Of a stretch of DNA of 64,000 nt, positions 36,801-47,420 are shown in pieces; position 1 is the stretch's first letter; each line of letters begins with the position of its first letter. Under the pieces are notes generated by a model. The model was not told the DNA's origin and did no database searches. It was given only the letters and a program-made list of their open reading frames with translations. The stretch is from positions 21,232,260-21,296,259 of the forward strand of contig OZ316897.1 of NCBI GenBank assembly GCA_973895155.1, written 5' to 3'. The translations under genes and the position numbers were made by a program. Source of the stretch: Marsupella aquatica (lineage: Eukaryota; Plantae; Marchantiophyta).

Positions 36801-37816
36801 AGGCCTCCAAGCCGGATCCGGCCATGAAGCCTTGGTACTTCTTGGTCTGCATGGCCGTAAAGCATGCATCCTCCTCCCGTGCAAAATGTAGTTGCACCTC
36901 CACCGGTAGGGTTGCCGCCCAGCCCTTCCAGGTGTCATCCCTGGTTGGAATGGCCTTGATGGGATCGACCTCCTCCTCTTCGGCTTCTCCCTGCCTCCTG
37001 CTCTGCTGCTCGGCTAGCTTCTTTGGTGCCGCCGACCTCGTTCTTTTTGCCGGGGTGGCTTCATCGTTGACGGCTCCCTTCCTCTTCATCTCTGCTGCCG
37101 TGGAGGTTTCTCCTAGCACCGTTGCCTGGGTCCACCTTTCCGTGCTACCCTTTAATTCCCAGTGTATGTCGTTGCAGTTCTTGATGGCCTCTCGGATGCC
37201 GACGACGCTGTCTTTGCAAAACAGAAGATCGTCGAGTTGATTGGAAGTAGGCGTCCACATGAACTCGTCCTTGATGAGTTCGCCTCCTAAGAAAGCCGTC
37301 TTCTGCAGCTCCCACAATCGAGCGAGCTCCTGCCGTTCTCGAGCTGCCCTTTCTGACTCCTCGTCCTCGTAAGTCTTGATGTACTCAGTTGCCCGTTCGA
37401 ACAGGCATCCCCAGAAATGTGCCGCTTGATTGACGTTGCTCATACCCTCCTTAGGTTGATCGTCGGTATCTACTCTCTCCCCGAGTGCTTGCCTAAGCAG
37501 CTGACAGTAGTTGGCCTCCCGTAGTCGTCTGCCTAGTTCGTGCTCACAAATGAGCCACCATCTCTTGCAAGCGCTCCTTACCCCTCTCCTCTGCCGGTCC
37601 TTCTTCCCGTTGATCCTTCCTAGCCGCCGACGCTTAACGCGCCCTAACCCTAATCGGGTTTTCACCCTCAGCCTTACCTCCGGCCTCTGCCCGGGTTCCA
37701 TGGTTGCCCCTAATTGTTTATATTTTCCTTGTTTTGTCACTATACTAAGGTGTTCCTAGGGTGCCTTCCTGCTTTACCCACTTAACCGGCCGAGTGATTC
37801 CTGTCTAGGCATCACA
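33868..37816 (-). repeat. Main part of the 5' LTR of Gypsy A
   Basis: 33868-35067 equals 8461-9660; the sequence runs on to the terminal ...GCATCACA and TSD TCTAC. Confidence 0.9.
34078..37443 (-). CDS. LTR-encoded accessory protein of element A (~1120 codons from ATG 37443; frame open to 37740; one in-frame TAG at 36457-36459)
   Basis: ORFs 36457-37740 and 34078-36396 are in frame: RAEIGKA*VYLAE aligns with B RGEISAAQVIQVE, so the TAG replaces Gln. MSNVNQAAHFW...DSVVGIREA aligns with B MSHTILSSSAIRFW...DKYIGFWEA. Long coiled coil; KKKRK. Confidence 0.85.
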
Positions 37817-37821
37817 TCTAC

Positions 37822-38138
37822 GAACGGGCTTCGGCTGTGTCTCTCCTCCCGGGTGGTCATTCCTTCACCTCTTTCTTGACCTGGCTCTCGGTAGTTCCCC
37901 CAGCCTCTCCGCCCGTCTATTTGTTATATATCAAACTTTGTGGTTACTCTGGAAAAATCGTAACTCCCACCAGTTTCAAAGTCTATCAATTATTTTTTCT
38001 CCTTCTACAGCAGCATCTGCAGCCGTTGTGCATCTACGTTCAGTAGCAATCAGTTCAGATTCAGAAAAAAAGAAAAAAAGGTTATACTACGCAGAGAAAT
38101 ATATATCACGTCCTTTATCCTATCGTTTTCCTAGCTGA
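37822..38138 (+). mobile_element. 3' segment of the interrupted LINE ORF2 (3' UTR and tail not resolved)
   Basis: After the TSD the frame continues WFY|ERASAVSLL..., then LWLLWKNRNSHQF (typical L1 W..W..RN...F motif) after a frameshift. Confidence 0.85.
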
Positions 38139-38310
38139 ATCACTCCTGCTCCTCTTTCCACTATGTATTAAGTCAACTCTTACTTCCATTCAATGTATCC
38201 ATATCCCCCCTGTTTATTTTTTCCTATGTTTTTTACCCTTGGTGAGGTATACTATCAAGCTATTTGTGCTCCTAGTCCACGATTCTCTTTTTTCGCACAC
38301 CAGTCTATGT

Positions 38311-38311
<1 letters not shown>

Positions 38312-38370
<59 letters not shown>
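38312..38370. repeat. (CT)n microsatellite
   Basis: ~59 bp perfect dinucleotide run. Confidence 0.99.
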
Positions 38371-38372
<2 letters not shown>

Positions 38373-40974
38373 GCCAGTTTCTCCTCGGTTCCTTCACCTT
38401 TCCCCCCACACTCGAGCCAGTTATGCTGGATTCACAGTCGGGCTGCTTTCTGGCTCTTGGTTGCCTCTCCCTTATGCTTCCTCAGACCACTTGGGGCTAA
38501 TTATCGAGTGGTTGTCAAGGGGGTAGCTCCACAGCAGATTCACCGATTCCATATCCTTCGGGTGATGGTGTTGACTGGGTCCCGTCTGGGTGACGGAGCA
38601 GTCTGGGTTCTCTACAGTTTTTGGAGCGCCCTGTTCGGTGGGACCTCACGGTCGGCATACCTTCTCATGGCCTCTTTTCTGAGGGTGGGCAGGGTTGATA
38701 TTTCCGGCATTGGTTATCGATGGTTCATTCTCCAGCTCAATGGTTGTTTCTCCAGCACAATTCTGTTCCACCTACACGTCTGAGCTTTGCAGCTGTTCTT
38801 CTTCATGTTCTTGACTGACACAGCAGTAGCTCTCTCCGTATATAGCTTCTTGCTCCTTGCACATATAGTTGGAGAAACCGGGTTTGTTTCACGCATATTA
38901 TGAATTGCGTATAGATAGTAGATTCCGGGTCCATCCTCTTTCTGCTCCTTTGGCTCATCTCGTGTCACCAGCCATTAGTGTTCTAGCATATTCTCTTGGT
39001 AAGGACTGGGTCTTAACACATGCCTCAATCTATTGCTCACCAAGGTCTGCCTTCTGCCATGCTCCTCAGGCAGTCATTTTTGATTGGTTTCCTGTCCAGG
39101 CTATATTCTGGGTACCAAGCTCTCTCCATTCTCTACTGGTTTGGCCTACTCGAATTCTGGAGGGAAGTTATGGAGCACCTGTGGGTTGGCTATATTCCTT
39201 TCATCGTTGTCAGGGTCTGATAGTCACTCGATCCACGGCTATTGCAGATCATCTCCGTTTGTTATGGTTGGAGACAAATAGAAATCTAGATTGAAGAGAA
39301 GAGGTGGGGCGCGTAAGATATTCTCTTTGTGTTTAGATCCGTATTGGGACACCCTCCTTGGTCCCTCTTCAGCGCAAGAAGGGGGCATCCGTTCTCTGCC
39401 ATCTGGCTGTGCTTATTGGCCAAGCTGGAGGACAAAGACAGGCAGATAATGTACTGATGGGTTTCCCAAAATTCATGGATACTAACGTCAGGGAGACTTC
39501 TTCATTGATCGTCGTCCATCTGGTCCGGCAGAGATTCCCCATTCCAACAGTGCAAAGAATGTGGTGGGATCTGGAGTTGTGGATTTTCTTCTATGGTCAT
39601 CACTCAAAATGGCGGGGCATTTTGGGTGGAAAAAATTGACACTAAAAAAGTGGAAACTATAAACAGCAAAAAAAAAAATCTGAGTGCACAAAACGTCCCG
39701 CGGTGACCCCGCTTTCCCTCCAGCACCTCGACTCTGTGGCGCCCCGACAAGCCCTGACAAGCCCAACCGTGTCGCGGTCTCGCTCCCTCCCCAACAGCCC
39801 TGACTACCTTGCTCCCTCCCCCCATGACCTCGCTCCCTCCCTTGACAAGCCCCGACAAGCCCAGCGTCGGCGACCCTCCATCCTTCCCCCAACTCCCGCT
39901 CCCTCTCTTGCCTGCTCCTCACCTCCGTCTTGCCCCGCCCTCCCTCACCGCGGCCTTGCCTTGCCTCACCCAAGTCCCTCCTCCTCCTCCAGCCCCACCC
40001 TGCCTTAATGGCGCTGGAGTGCACACTCAGTAAGGAAGACCATTGGATTTTAAGGTCAGCGGGTACTAAATTTCAGTCGTGGTCAAAGAGTTCTTTACAA
40101 GGGGAAGGGTACAAAAATTGTGAATTGTTGTGATTGAGGTAAGTTGTACATAACACGGTGTAGAAAAAAATTCAGTCAAACCACATAACATTAGACTCTA
40201 TGAACATACATTTTAGAGAGCATTGTTAGCCATAATGCCCCCAAAACAAGAGTTTTAGTGCAAGTTTTGAGAGTTAATATTGCTCATAATCAGGTAATAG
40301 GAAGTTAACACACCTGAAGAGTAAAATATTTTCATTTTCCTCACTTTAGTTAAAGCAGAGGAGAAATACAAATGTGGCAATCCATATTTTGAATGTGCAT
40401 TTTTTTTATAAATGCCCTGAAATTAATTGTAAAAAGTAAATTCATGAAGGGCTTAAGCTAGGAAAGTGATAAGAGACGGGATAAGAGATAGATTATCTTA
40501 TTTGAAGGCCATTGTAAAGGCCTATTTTTCCACATTTTATGTCCAAGAAAACTATGCATGTGTGCATTGGAGGATATGACCATAGCTCAAAATTTTCACT
40601 TTCCATTATGAGAGCCTTTGTAAATGTTTGCAATTAGAAGAAATTAAGGTCTCATGTTAACTGCTTTTGCTTTTTGTTATCTCTATCAAAACATATAATA
40701 CACTATTGCACCAGAAAATGGCGTGACCATCATTTGAATTTAACATGATGTTTTGGGTGGGAAGTACCAAAACTGTAAAAAGAAAGGAATAAATCTGGAA
40801 AAACTGTCCTCCACTTCTCTCCCCGCAACCCTCTCCTCTCGGCCCTCAATGCACAGTGGTGCAGCCATGTGTCGCTCTCCTCCCCCCCCCCTCCCCGTCG
40901 TGCTGCCCTCTTCGGTGTGCTCCTCTCTCCCTCCAAACTCCAAGTACTCTAAGGAGACAAAAATAACAAAACCT

Positions 40975-41485
40975 ATTAACATCTTAGCTCACATCTTAGG
41001 CACCTCAACATCTTTTTACTTTGCCTCATTTTTGACATAACACCATTGTTTTACTTGACAACATCTTTGTCATCATGACACCTTTCTACTTCACGACATT
41101 TTACATGATACAACATCTTTTGCGCCATGATATTTTTTAAATTTATTGACATCTTTTTACTTCACTACATCTTTGGCACCACGATATCTTTTTACTTCAC
41201 AACATCTTTGACATAACAGCATCTTTGGCGTCATGACATCTTTTTATTCGATGACATTTCTTTACTTGATGACATCTTTCACATAACCACATCTTTGGTG
41301 ACAAAACTTCTTTATTGTTAACAATTTTTTTTCTTGGCGACATCTTTCACATAACCACATCTTGGGTTACATGGCATCTTTTTTCTTATCAACAGCTTCA
41401 CATAACAACATCTTGGGCAGAACGACTTCTTTTTTCTTATCGACATCTTGACCGACACGACATTTTGGCCGACACGACATCTTTT
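40975..41485. repeat. Degenerate minisatellite of (G/A)ACATCTTT-containing units just inside the putative Helitron 3' end
   Basis: Many ACATCTT(T) motifs at irregular ~12-30 bp spacing. Confidence 0.8.
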
Positions 41486-43719
41486 GTGCAACGCACGGGT
41501 ATTGAGCTCGTATATATATATATATATATATATAGTGCACAGCTAAGTAGTCTATGTTTGCGTTTATTATCTAGGACATGCAAACTCGATCAACTTCGTA
41601 AATTCAACTGCATACATTAGAGTTTGTAGCTAGGCCTATCGTACTGACTTCAAAAAACGTGCAAACTTTGAAGTCATAGGATATCAAAGCCCATCAAGCA
41701 GAACATCACCCTCAAGCCTCAAGCACATCAAAAGCTCGTTCAGTTCAAACAGCTTAGTTGACTTTAGTCCCTTCTAATGTTTCGATTAGGAGCTTAAATC
41801 TTTGTGAGTACGTGCATGTTAATTGAAATATATTGTCAGGAACTTAGGTTCTGATCTCAGGTTAGTTAGTTTGTTAGTATTAGTACTTCTGCCATGACAC
41901 CACCCTATAGTGAAAGTTGAGACGACGTGACAGATTATTACACAGGTGTTTTCAATGTTTCCCCAAATACTAAGCTGAACATTCAACTAGGGATGGGGTA
42001 CCATGCATTTTGTAGACAAGAAAGAGTTTCTTCGTCAATATTGGTTGGATAATTGACAAAATGCATGGTAGGAGGGTACTATATATATACCACTATGAAA
42101 GTCGAGCTGCTCCTAGCTTAATTTGTTAATTCGTAGACCACTCTTTTTGTCTACGTACAAAAGTATCGACAAATGCCAGGTACCCCATTCCTAGGCCATG
42201 ACATCAAGATATTCAAGCGCCACCACTGCAGTAGATGTCATTGAATTACAAGCTCGTTTTCTTTCAATTCCTGATATTGCATATTGGAACCACCATCAAT
42301 TAGACGGGAGGCTCCAATTCACCCATAACGAGATATCAAAGGTAATCATTTAAGTTGGAGGAATTTGTTGACAAGAAAGTTAATTGATATGCTCTCGGCT
42401 TCTGCTTGGAGTTACAAACTAGACTCCCCGTCAAGGTCGTGGAAGACAAGTCAGTACCTGCAACAGTACGTTGAATTGGAATCTGAACTCGGAGAATTTT
42501 AGCGCGCATGCTTATGAACTAACTACTGCAACGAATGATGTGAAACGCTTGCCATACTCGATCGTGTAATCGCTTGCCATACTCGACAGCTATTGTGAAA
42601 CCAAAACGTACTAATCTCAGCGGAAAAATCACGAGAGGGGATCGGAGGGTAGACATTAAGGTTGATATCTTCCAGACCTGAAGTAAACCCACCATGTGGA
42701 TAGGTGCAGAGTTCAGTTCAAGTACAAGACTATAACCACGAGCAGAATTCTTATAATTGCAAAATGGAGGTAGGAAGTTGCATGCTACTGTGCGAAAAGA
42801 AAACCGCATTCTGCCTCACAAATAGACTTTCGGAATTTCAATTGAGTGTGTAATCCTCCACCGTACCTTAATTAAGAGAATGCCAGTGCTCTTTAAAGTA
42901 ACAGTCTGGCTCTGCAAGGAATATTAATTCCTGGACGTACCGGTCCTAATCATTTGCGTGGTAAGTGTAATCATAAATTGCACTATCCGCTTAAATTATA
43001 TAGGCTTATATAGGACTGACTGTTAAAACTTCAACCTCATGATCAATATCTACAAATATTGCATGGTTTTAGTTCTAGGTTTCTATACCGTTCATTTTAG
43101 TCTCCTAAACTGTTGTACCTCGGGTTGTACCTCTCAACTAAAACGCTAGATTTCTACCTTTGCCCTACAGTAGCAGCTACTACTTGTTTCCAAGAAACAT
43201 ACACGATCTGTCGATTCCACATAAGATTATTTATTTCCTAGCTATACATGCATGCTACCGCGCCGCCCATTGGTTTTTCAGTTGATGAGCTCTACAGCAA
43301 AGTAGCTAGTCGATCATTTACATTCCCGTTTTCATTCTAGGTATATAGCACTCGATCTTGCAATTCAACATTGCTGAAATCTTTCTCATGAATAAATCCA
43401 TTGAGTCCACTTCTAGCATCTGCCTCAATTATTGGGACACATCCATGTATGGCAGATTAATATGATTCATGCATTGAGTTCGACGATGTGGATATTTTTG
43501 CCTTCTTCGCTGCTCTTAAGTGTTTGCAAGGGTCAGCTTTATATGTATGAAACGAATCCACAGTAAGAAGAAATTTTGGATGGAAGCCAACGGATATTTA
43601 TTTTCAGCTCGTTCAAGCGAAGTAACACTTTTAGGGCATTCCCATGAGAGCTGAGGCGTAACAGAGAAACGTTGATCCTAGTCCGTACATGCTGGAAACT
43701 ATCCTTAAAACTGAGTCAC

Positions 43720-44301
43720 CTAAACTGAGTCCGTACACGGAAGGATGCACCAGTCGTTCACCTTAACGAACAATTGGAGGTTGATGTTGAACAGATACAG
43801 TCCATCCTCCAGTGCTTTAAATACGCAGTCCACACAATAGAAAGGCATTTTGGCTCGGTAGCTATCATCTGCCCACACTACTCTCTTTACTCTAGCCTGA
43901 GCATTGTAAAATGGTGTGGTAAATGTACATTCATAGAGCACATGCTGATTGTTTGGATCTATTTGCTCGAGGAACCAAGTACTGCGTGTCATTTGGGGAA
44001 CAAACTCATTGACAACAATTGGGGTGTTAGGGTCGATGTTGTTAACGCACTGGACGTCCACTTGATTTTCCAAAACGTTCAGTAGGTCAAACCCAGGTGG
44101 ATAACCGAGTTTGACACCCGAACCTTTGTCATTCTCCTCTGCAGATTTGTTGTCCCGTGGCACCTCGAAAGGTTGCCCCACAGAATTTCGTACAGGTTCT
44201 AACTCTACCACCGCACGGGCATCCACAGACAAGTCCGGGCTAGTAGTGGCTAACGCGAGAAGCAGCACACAGGCTAGAAGACTGCGACGAAAGTTGCCCA
44301 T
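43720..44301 (-). CDS. Secreted SPH/PrsS (Self-incomp_S1)-like protein, 193 aa, single coding exon
   Basis: ATG at 44301 (the track start is TTG); signal peptide MGNFRRSLLACVLLLALA; LLNVLENQVDVQC...YECTF...VW...CVDCVFKALEDGLY...W pattern; possible 5' UTR intron acceptor CTTCTGCAG at ~44310. Confidence 0.8.
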   Translation of the reverse strand: MGNFRRSLLACVLLLALATTSPDLSVDARAVVELEPVRNSVGQPFEVPRDNKSAEENDKGSGVKLGYPPGFDLLNVLENQVDVQCVNNIDPNTPIVVNEFVPQMTRSTWFLEQIDPNNQHVLYECTFTTPFYNAQARVKRVVWADDSYRAKMPFYCVDCVFKALEDGLYLFNINLQLFVKVNDWCILPCTDSV

Positions 44302-45059
44302 GTTCAAGTCTGCAGAAGGTAAGTCTTGTCAGATGCAATCGATAAGTTGATTGATCATGAGTATCAAGTGTTAAAAAGCTTTACTCAACTATTGGAAGGG
44401 ATCGGATACACGCAATTCATGGAAACCAAGGTATTCGATTTGCTATTGTTATAAGGCAATGAGGATCCCAACTGCACTAATCCAACGGTATCGTTTAATT
44501 ACCTCTTAGTGCTGTACTCTTCTGGGCGTCACTCTAACGCAAGGGTCGATGACCTACGCGCAACCTCACAAACTTGGTGCTGTTTCAGATGGATCGCTCG
44601 ATCGCTCTTTCAAAACCGAAGAATGCAAAGATCTCCTCCCGTCCTTCCTCAAATAGGGCACACTCAAACAGCTGGGTCAGTTGTCAGAGACATGTTTTAC
44701 AGAGTGGTTCAACAAGCGCAAACAGAGGTGCGACTTATGTTTATCTGACGGGGAACGAGGATAGGAAGGAGACCCTAGTTTGTGAGCTTGATAATTATTT
44801 TGTCATATGTATATGCATATGCTATGTAGTCATACTTAAGCTTGCATGTGGTACGTCTCTCCTGAATCGCACATCCAAACGTTATGCCTTATTGCATGCA
44901 TAATTTAGTTATGTAGTCAGACCTAAGTTTGTATTCACTCGTTAGCCTCACATCCAAATTAACATTATGCATGCCTTATCACATATGGTATCTATTACCA
45001 TGGCATTTGTTTCCCTCCGTCACCAGGTATTAATTTCAAAAACGGACCAAAGAGGGGGA

Positions 45060-45330
45060 AAGAACTATTGTTACTCTGGCGCCCTGGCGCCCTCATTACG
45101 TCACTGGCTTACGGATTTGGATTTGTTCTCTATTACACTGGATGGGTGGAAAGATATCTATAATGATACAAAATCAAGACAAAGGGAGACACCGGTCAGT
45201 TCGATCAGATGTATTAGATTGAAGCAGAAATATTTGCAGCCCTGTTACAAATCCAACCAGAGGTGGCCGGCCACCTGTTCTTTGGCATTAATTAATGGTT
45301 TGGGAGTATGACAGGCATGCGCAACCTGAC
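45060..45330. promoter_or_regulatory. Diverged third copy of the non-coding block at 677-950 / 4497-4770, upstream of the second SPH-like gene
   Basis: Shared GAACTA.TGTTACTCT, TGGATGGG, TTGCAGCCCTGTTACAAA(A)TCCAACCAGAGGT, GCCACCTGTT, GGCATTAA, CATGCGCAACC in the same order. Confidence 0.7.
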
Positions 45331-47139
45331 CCTGTAATTTCCAATAGAATGCTTACTGCATGAACTCCTGGGGACCAAAATAGAACCCACTCGGCCTAGA
45401 AGAGAGAGAAGGGACGACGAACAAACACTGCTCCTAAGATTAAAGTGTACTCGAAGCAAAAAGTGGTGGAACCAGGTTACTAAAATAAACCATGCAAAAA
45501 TGTGCTCAAAACAGTGAAAATGTGATCTATATTGTTCTCCTGGAACAAGGTGGACAGTGGTGGCTTAAGGCTCAAGTGACCTTAGGTGATAAGCTTAGCC
45601 TATGATAAGCTTAGCCTAACTGACAATTAGATTTCCCAGAGATGTAAACAATAAACTTAGAATAACTATCTATTTTCTCTATGTAGCAAAGTTTAAACCT
45701 AGGGGGATCGGCTCATCGGTCCCTCTAAGTACGTACTTGAAAGTTGGATTAATGTGGGAGTCAGCACTATAAACCTAAACCCTTTCTACAAGTAATCCTA
45801 TCTAATCCTGTGACAGGATGATCTGCCTTCTCTTCTGATCGACTTCTATCTGTCGTTAGAGTTTCTTCAGTTATTTATTTCTCATGTAAAATGCCGCGCC
45901 GCAGGTGATTGTCTCCACTCCTCGTGTCATTTCTTAAGAGTTTCTGGTTTTACTTTACTCATGTAAACTTCCGCACGTGTTGAACTCACCACGCGTCAGT
46001 GTTTTAAGAGTTCTCCGTTTTCCGTTGTAAGGAGTTCAAGTTCTCTGTGTATTTGAATTGTCTTGCTTATCCGCGGGGATGTGAGGTATTACGGTTCGAT
46101 TCATCTCTTCCTCCCTCTACTGTATTGATGTGAGTTCATTTCTTAAGCTTTCTGTCGATTCTCTTCACGGAGAATACGGGGCAAATAAAGAGTACAATCT
46201 GTACACCATCTATTATCGATGTGTAGTCTGAGTCAATTGATGTGTGTAAAATTGTTATGTTCGCTCTACGTAATCTTTTCGGCATTTCTCACTTGAGACA
46301 GCGATACACTTACCTAGCAGGATTGTCTCTCAACTCCAGAAACTTTGCAAAGGCCATATGGTTTTATTAAGATCTTAACATGGTTCAATTTCATGATTAA
46401 ATATAGGGTTCTGAAAAAGTGCACCAGTGTTATCACAAAATAGTTTTAGTGGTTCCTCATCATTGAAACTTAAGTTCCTTAGAAGTGCATTAAGCCAAGT
46501 AGCTCCTTCTACGAGTATTTCTTGGGTAAATGATAGAGCAGTTGTTGGTCGGCGTTTTGATTTCCAAGTGATAGTGCATTGGTAGATTTCCCGTTCTCGT
46601 GGTCGCCTGGCTAGCTAGCCAGCATCTGTATTTCCTGGTCCGTTGTAGCTTCCGTTTTGGCTGGTTAGAATCCCAAAATCTGGCTGAATAGAATCCCAAA
46701 ATTTGACTGAATAGAATACTAAAATCTAACGCCTGCTTAGATATGTTATACTATAGCCATGAACCTAGTCACAACACTCATAGCCTAGCCTATATAAGCT
46801 GTTATGTTGGTAAGATAAATGAGCTTACCAAGGATTCTCCTACAAGCTAGATCTGCTTTTCCTACTTCCATGTCAGTTCTTACTCAGTTATTTTTAATTG
46901 GAATGGCAGGATGCGCGCAATCCCTGCTCTACACCTATATATATTCTGACTATCATCTGGCAACTGAGAAGGTTTCCTCAAAGTTTTTTTCTTATTTTTG
47001 TTCGAAGCCACTTCCAACCATGCCAATCTGACCTTGTTTGCCATAGATCCTCTAGACTAGTACTTCTTTTAGTTTGTAAAGCCACTTTGCTGTGAAGGGA
47101 GTCTTAATTAGCTAAGGGGAGCTCCCCTACAGACCACGT

Positions 47140-47420
47140 TAGGGTCATAGTTGAATCCAAATCTTTCTCCATTGCCGTCTTCCATGCAAGTACGTGATTT
47201 CGCAGCTTCCTCATACTTCAGTGGTTCAACGATGTGTGATCCTTCTTTCCCTGTGAGCTTAGCGAAGAGATTCGGGAAATCTGGGCCAGGCTGTTGCGGA
47301 TCACGATTCGCCTCAGCAGCCCCATCGAGTCGGCCAGGTAATCGGCTATATGGCTGCGGTCTCCGTATCCATCCAAAATTGTTGGGGAAATCCCTGTTTG
47401 TACTTTGTTTGGTTGTTCCC
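47140..47420 (-). pseudogene. Decayed Copia pol fragment
   Basis: GFPQQFW (cf. GLPQEFW) and EPLKYEEAA..AWKTAMEKDLDS (cf. EP.S..EA...W..AM..E..S), with frameshifts. Confidence 0.5.

Larger units (their letters stand above)
7759..37816 (-). mobile_element. Ty3/Gypsy LTR retrotransposon A (non-chromovirus, Athila/Tat-superlineage-like RT) with giant protein-coding LTRs; hosts two nested elements
   Basis: TG...CA ends with imperfect IR (TGTGGTGC / TGTGATGC); 5-bp TSD TCTAC at 7754-7758 and 37817-37821; the LINE frame resumes after the TSD; PBS at 21236-21253; domain order gag-PR-RT-RH-INT. Confidence 0.95.
5864..41510 (+). mobile_element. Putative non-autonomous Helitron hosting the nested LINE/LTR cluster
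   Basis: 5' A|TCCTAAACTATAATACACTG inside (AT)n. 3' end TTTGTGCAACGCACGGGTATTGAGCTCG|T followed by (TA)n, a decayed form of the typical CCCGTGCAACGCACGGG...CTAG|T terminus. A related 5'-end motif recurs at 40686. Confidence 0.55.

Noticed and set aside
34078-37740. LTR ORFs as env-like genes or captured host myosin/SMC genes
   Set aside because: No signal peptide or TM segment seen; coiled-coil similarity is compositional; the ORFs are intronless and homologous between two TE families.
38140-39680. LINE 3' UTR ending at the A-run near 39668-39678
   Set aside because: No convincing TSD matches the 5' junction at ~6013, and the A-run sits in Helitron-like sequence; the region is left unclassified.
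39488-41040. GC-rich ORFs (39488-40024, 40730-41040) and SLSLSL ORFs at 38193-38783
   Set aside because: Low-complexity or microsatellite translations with no domain features.
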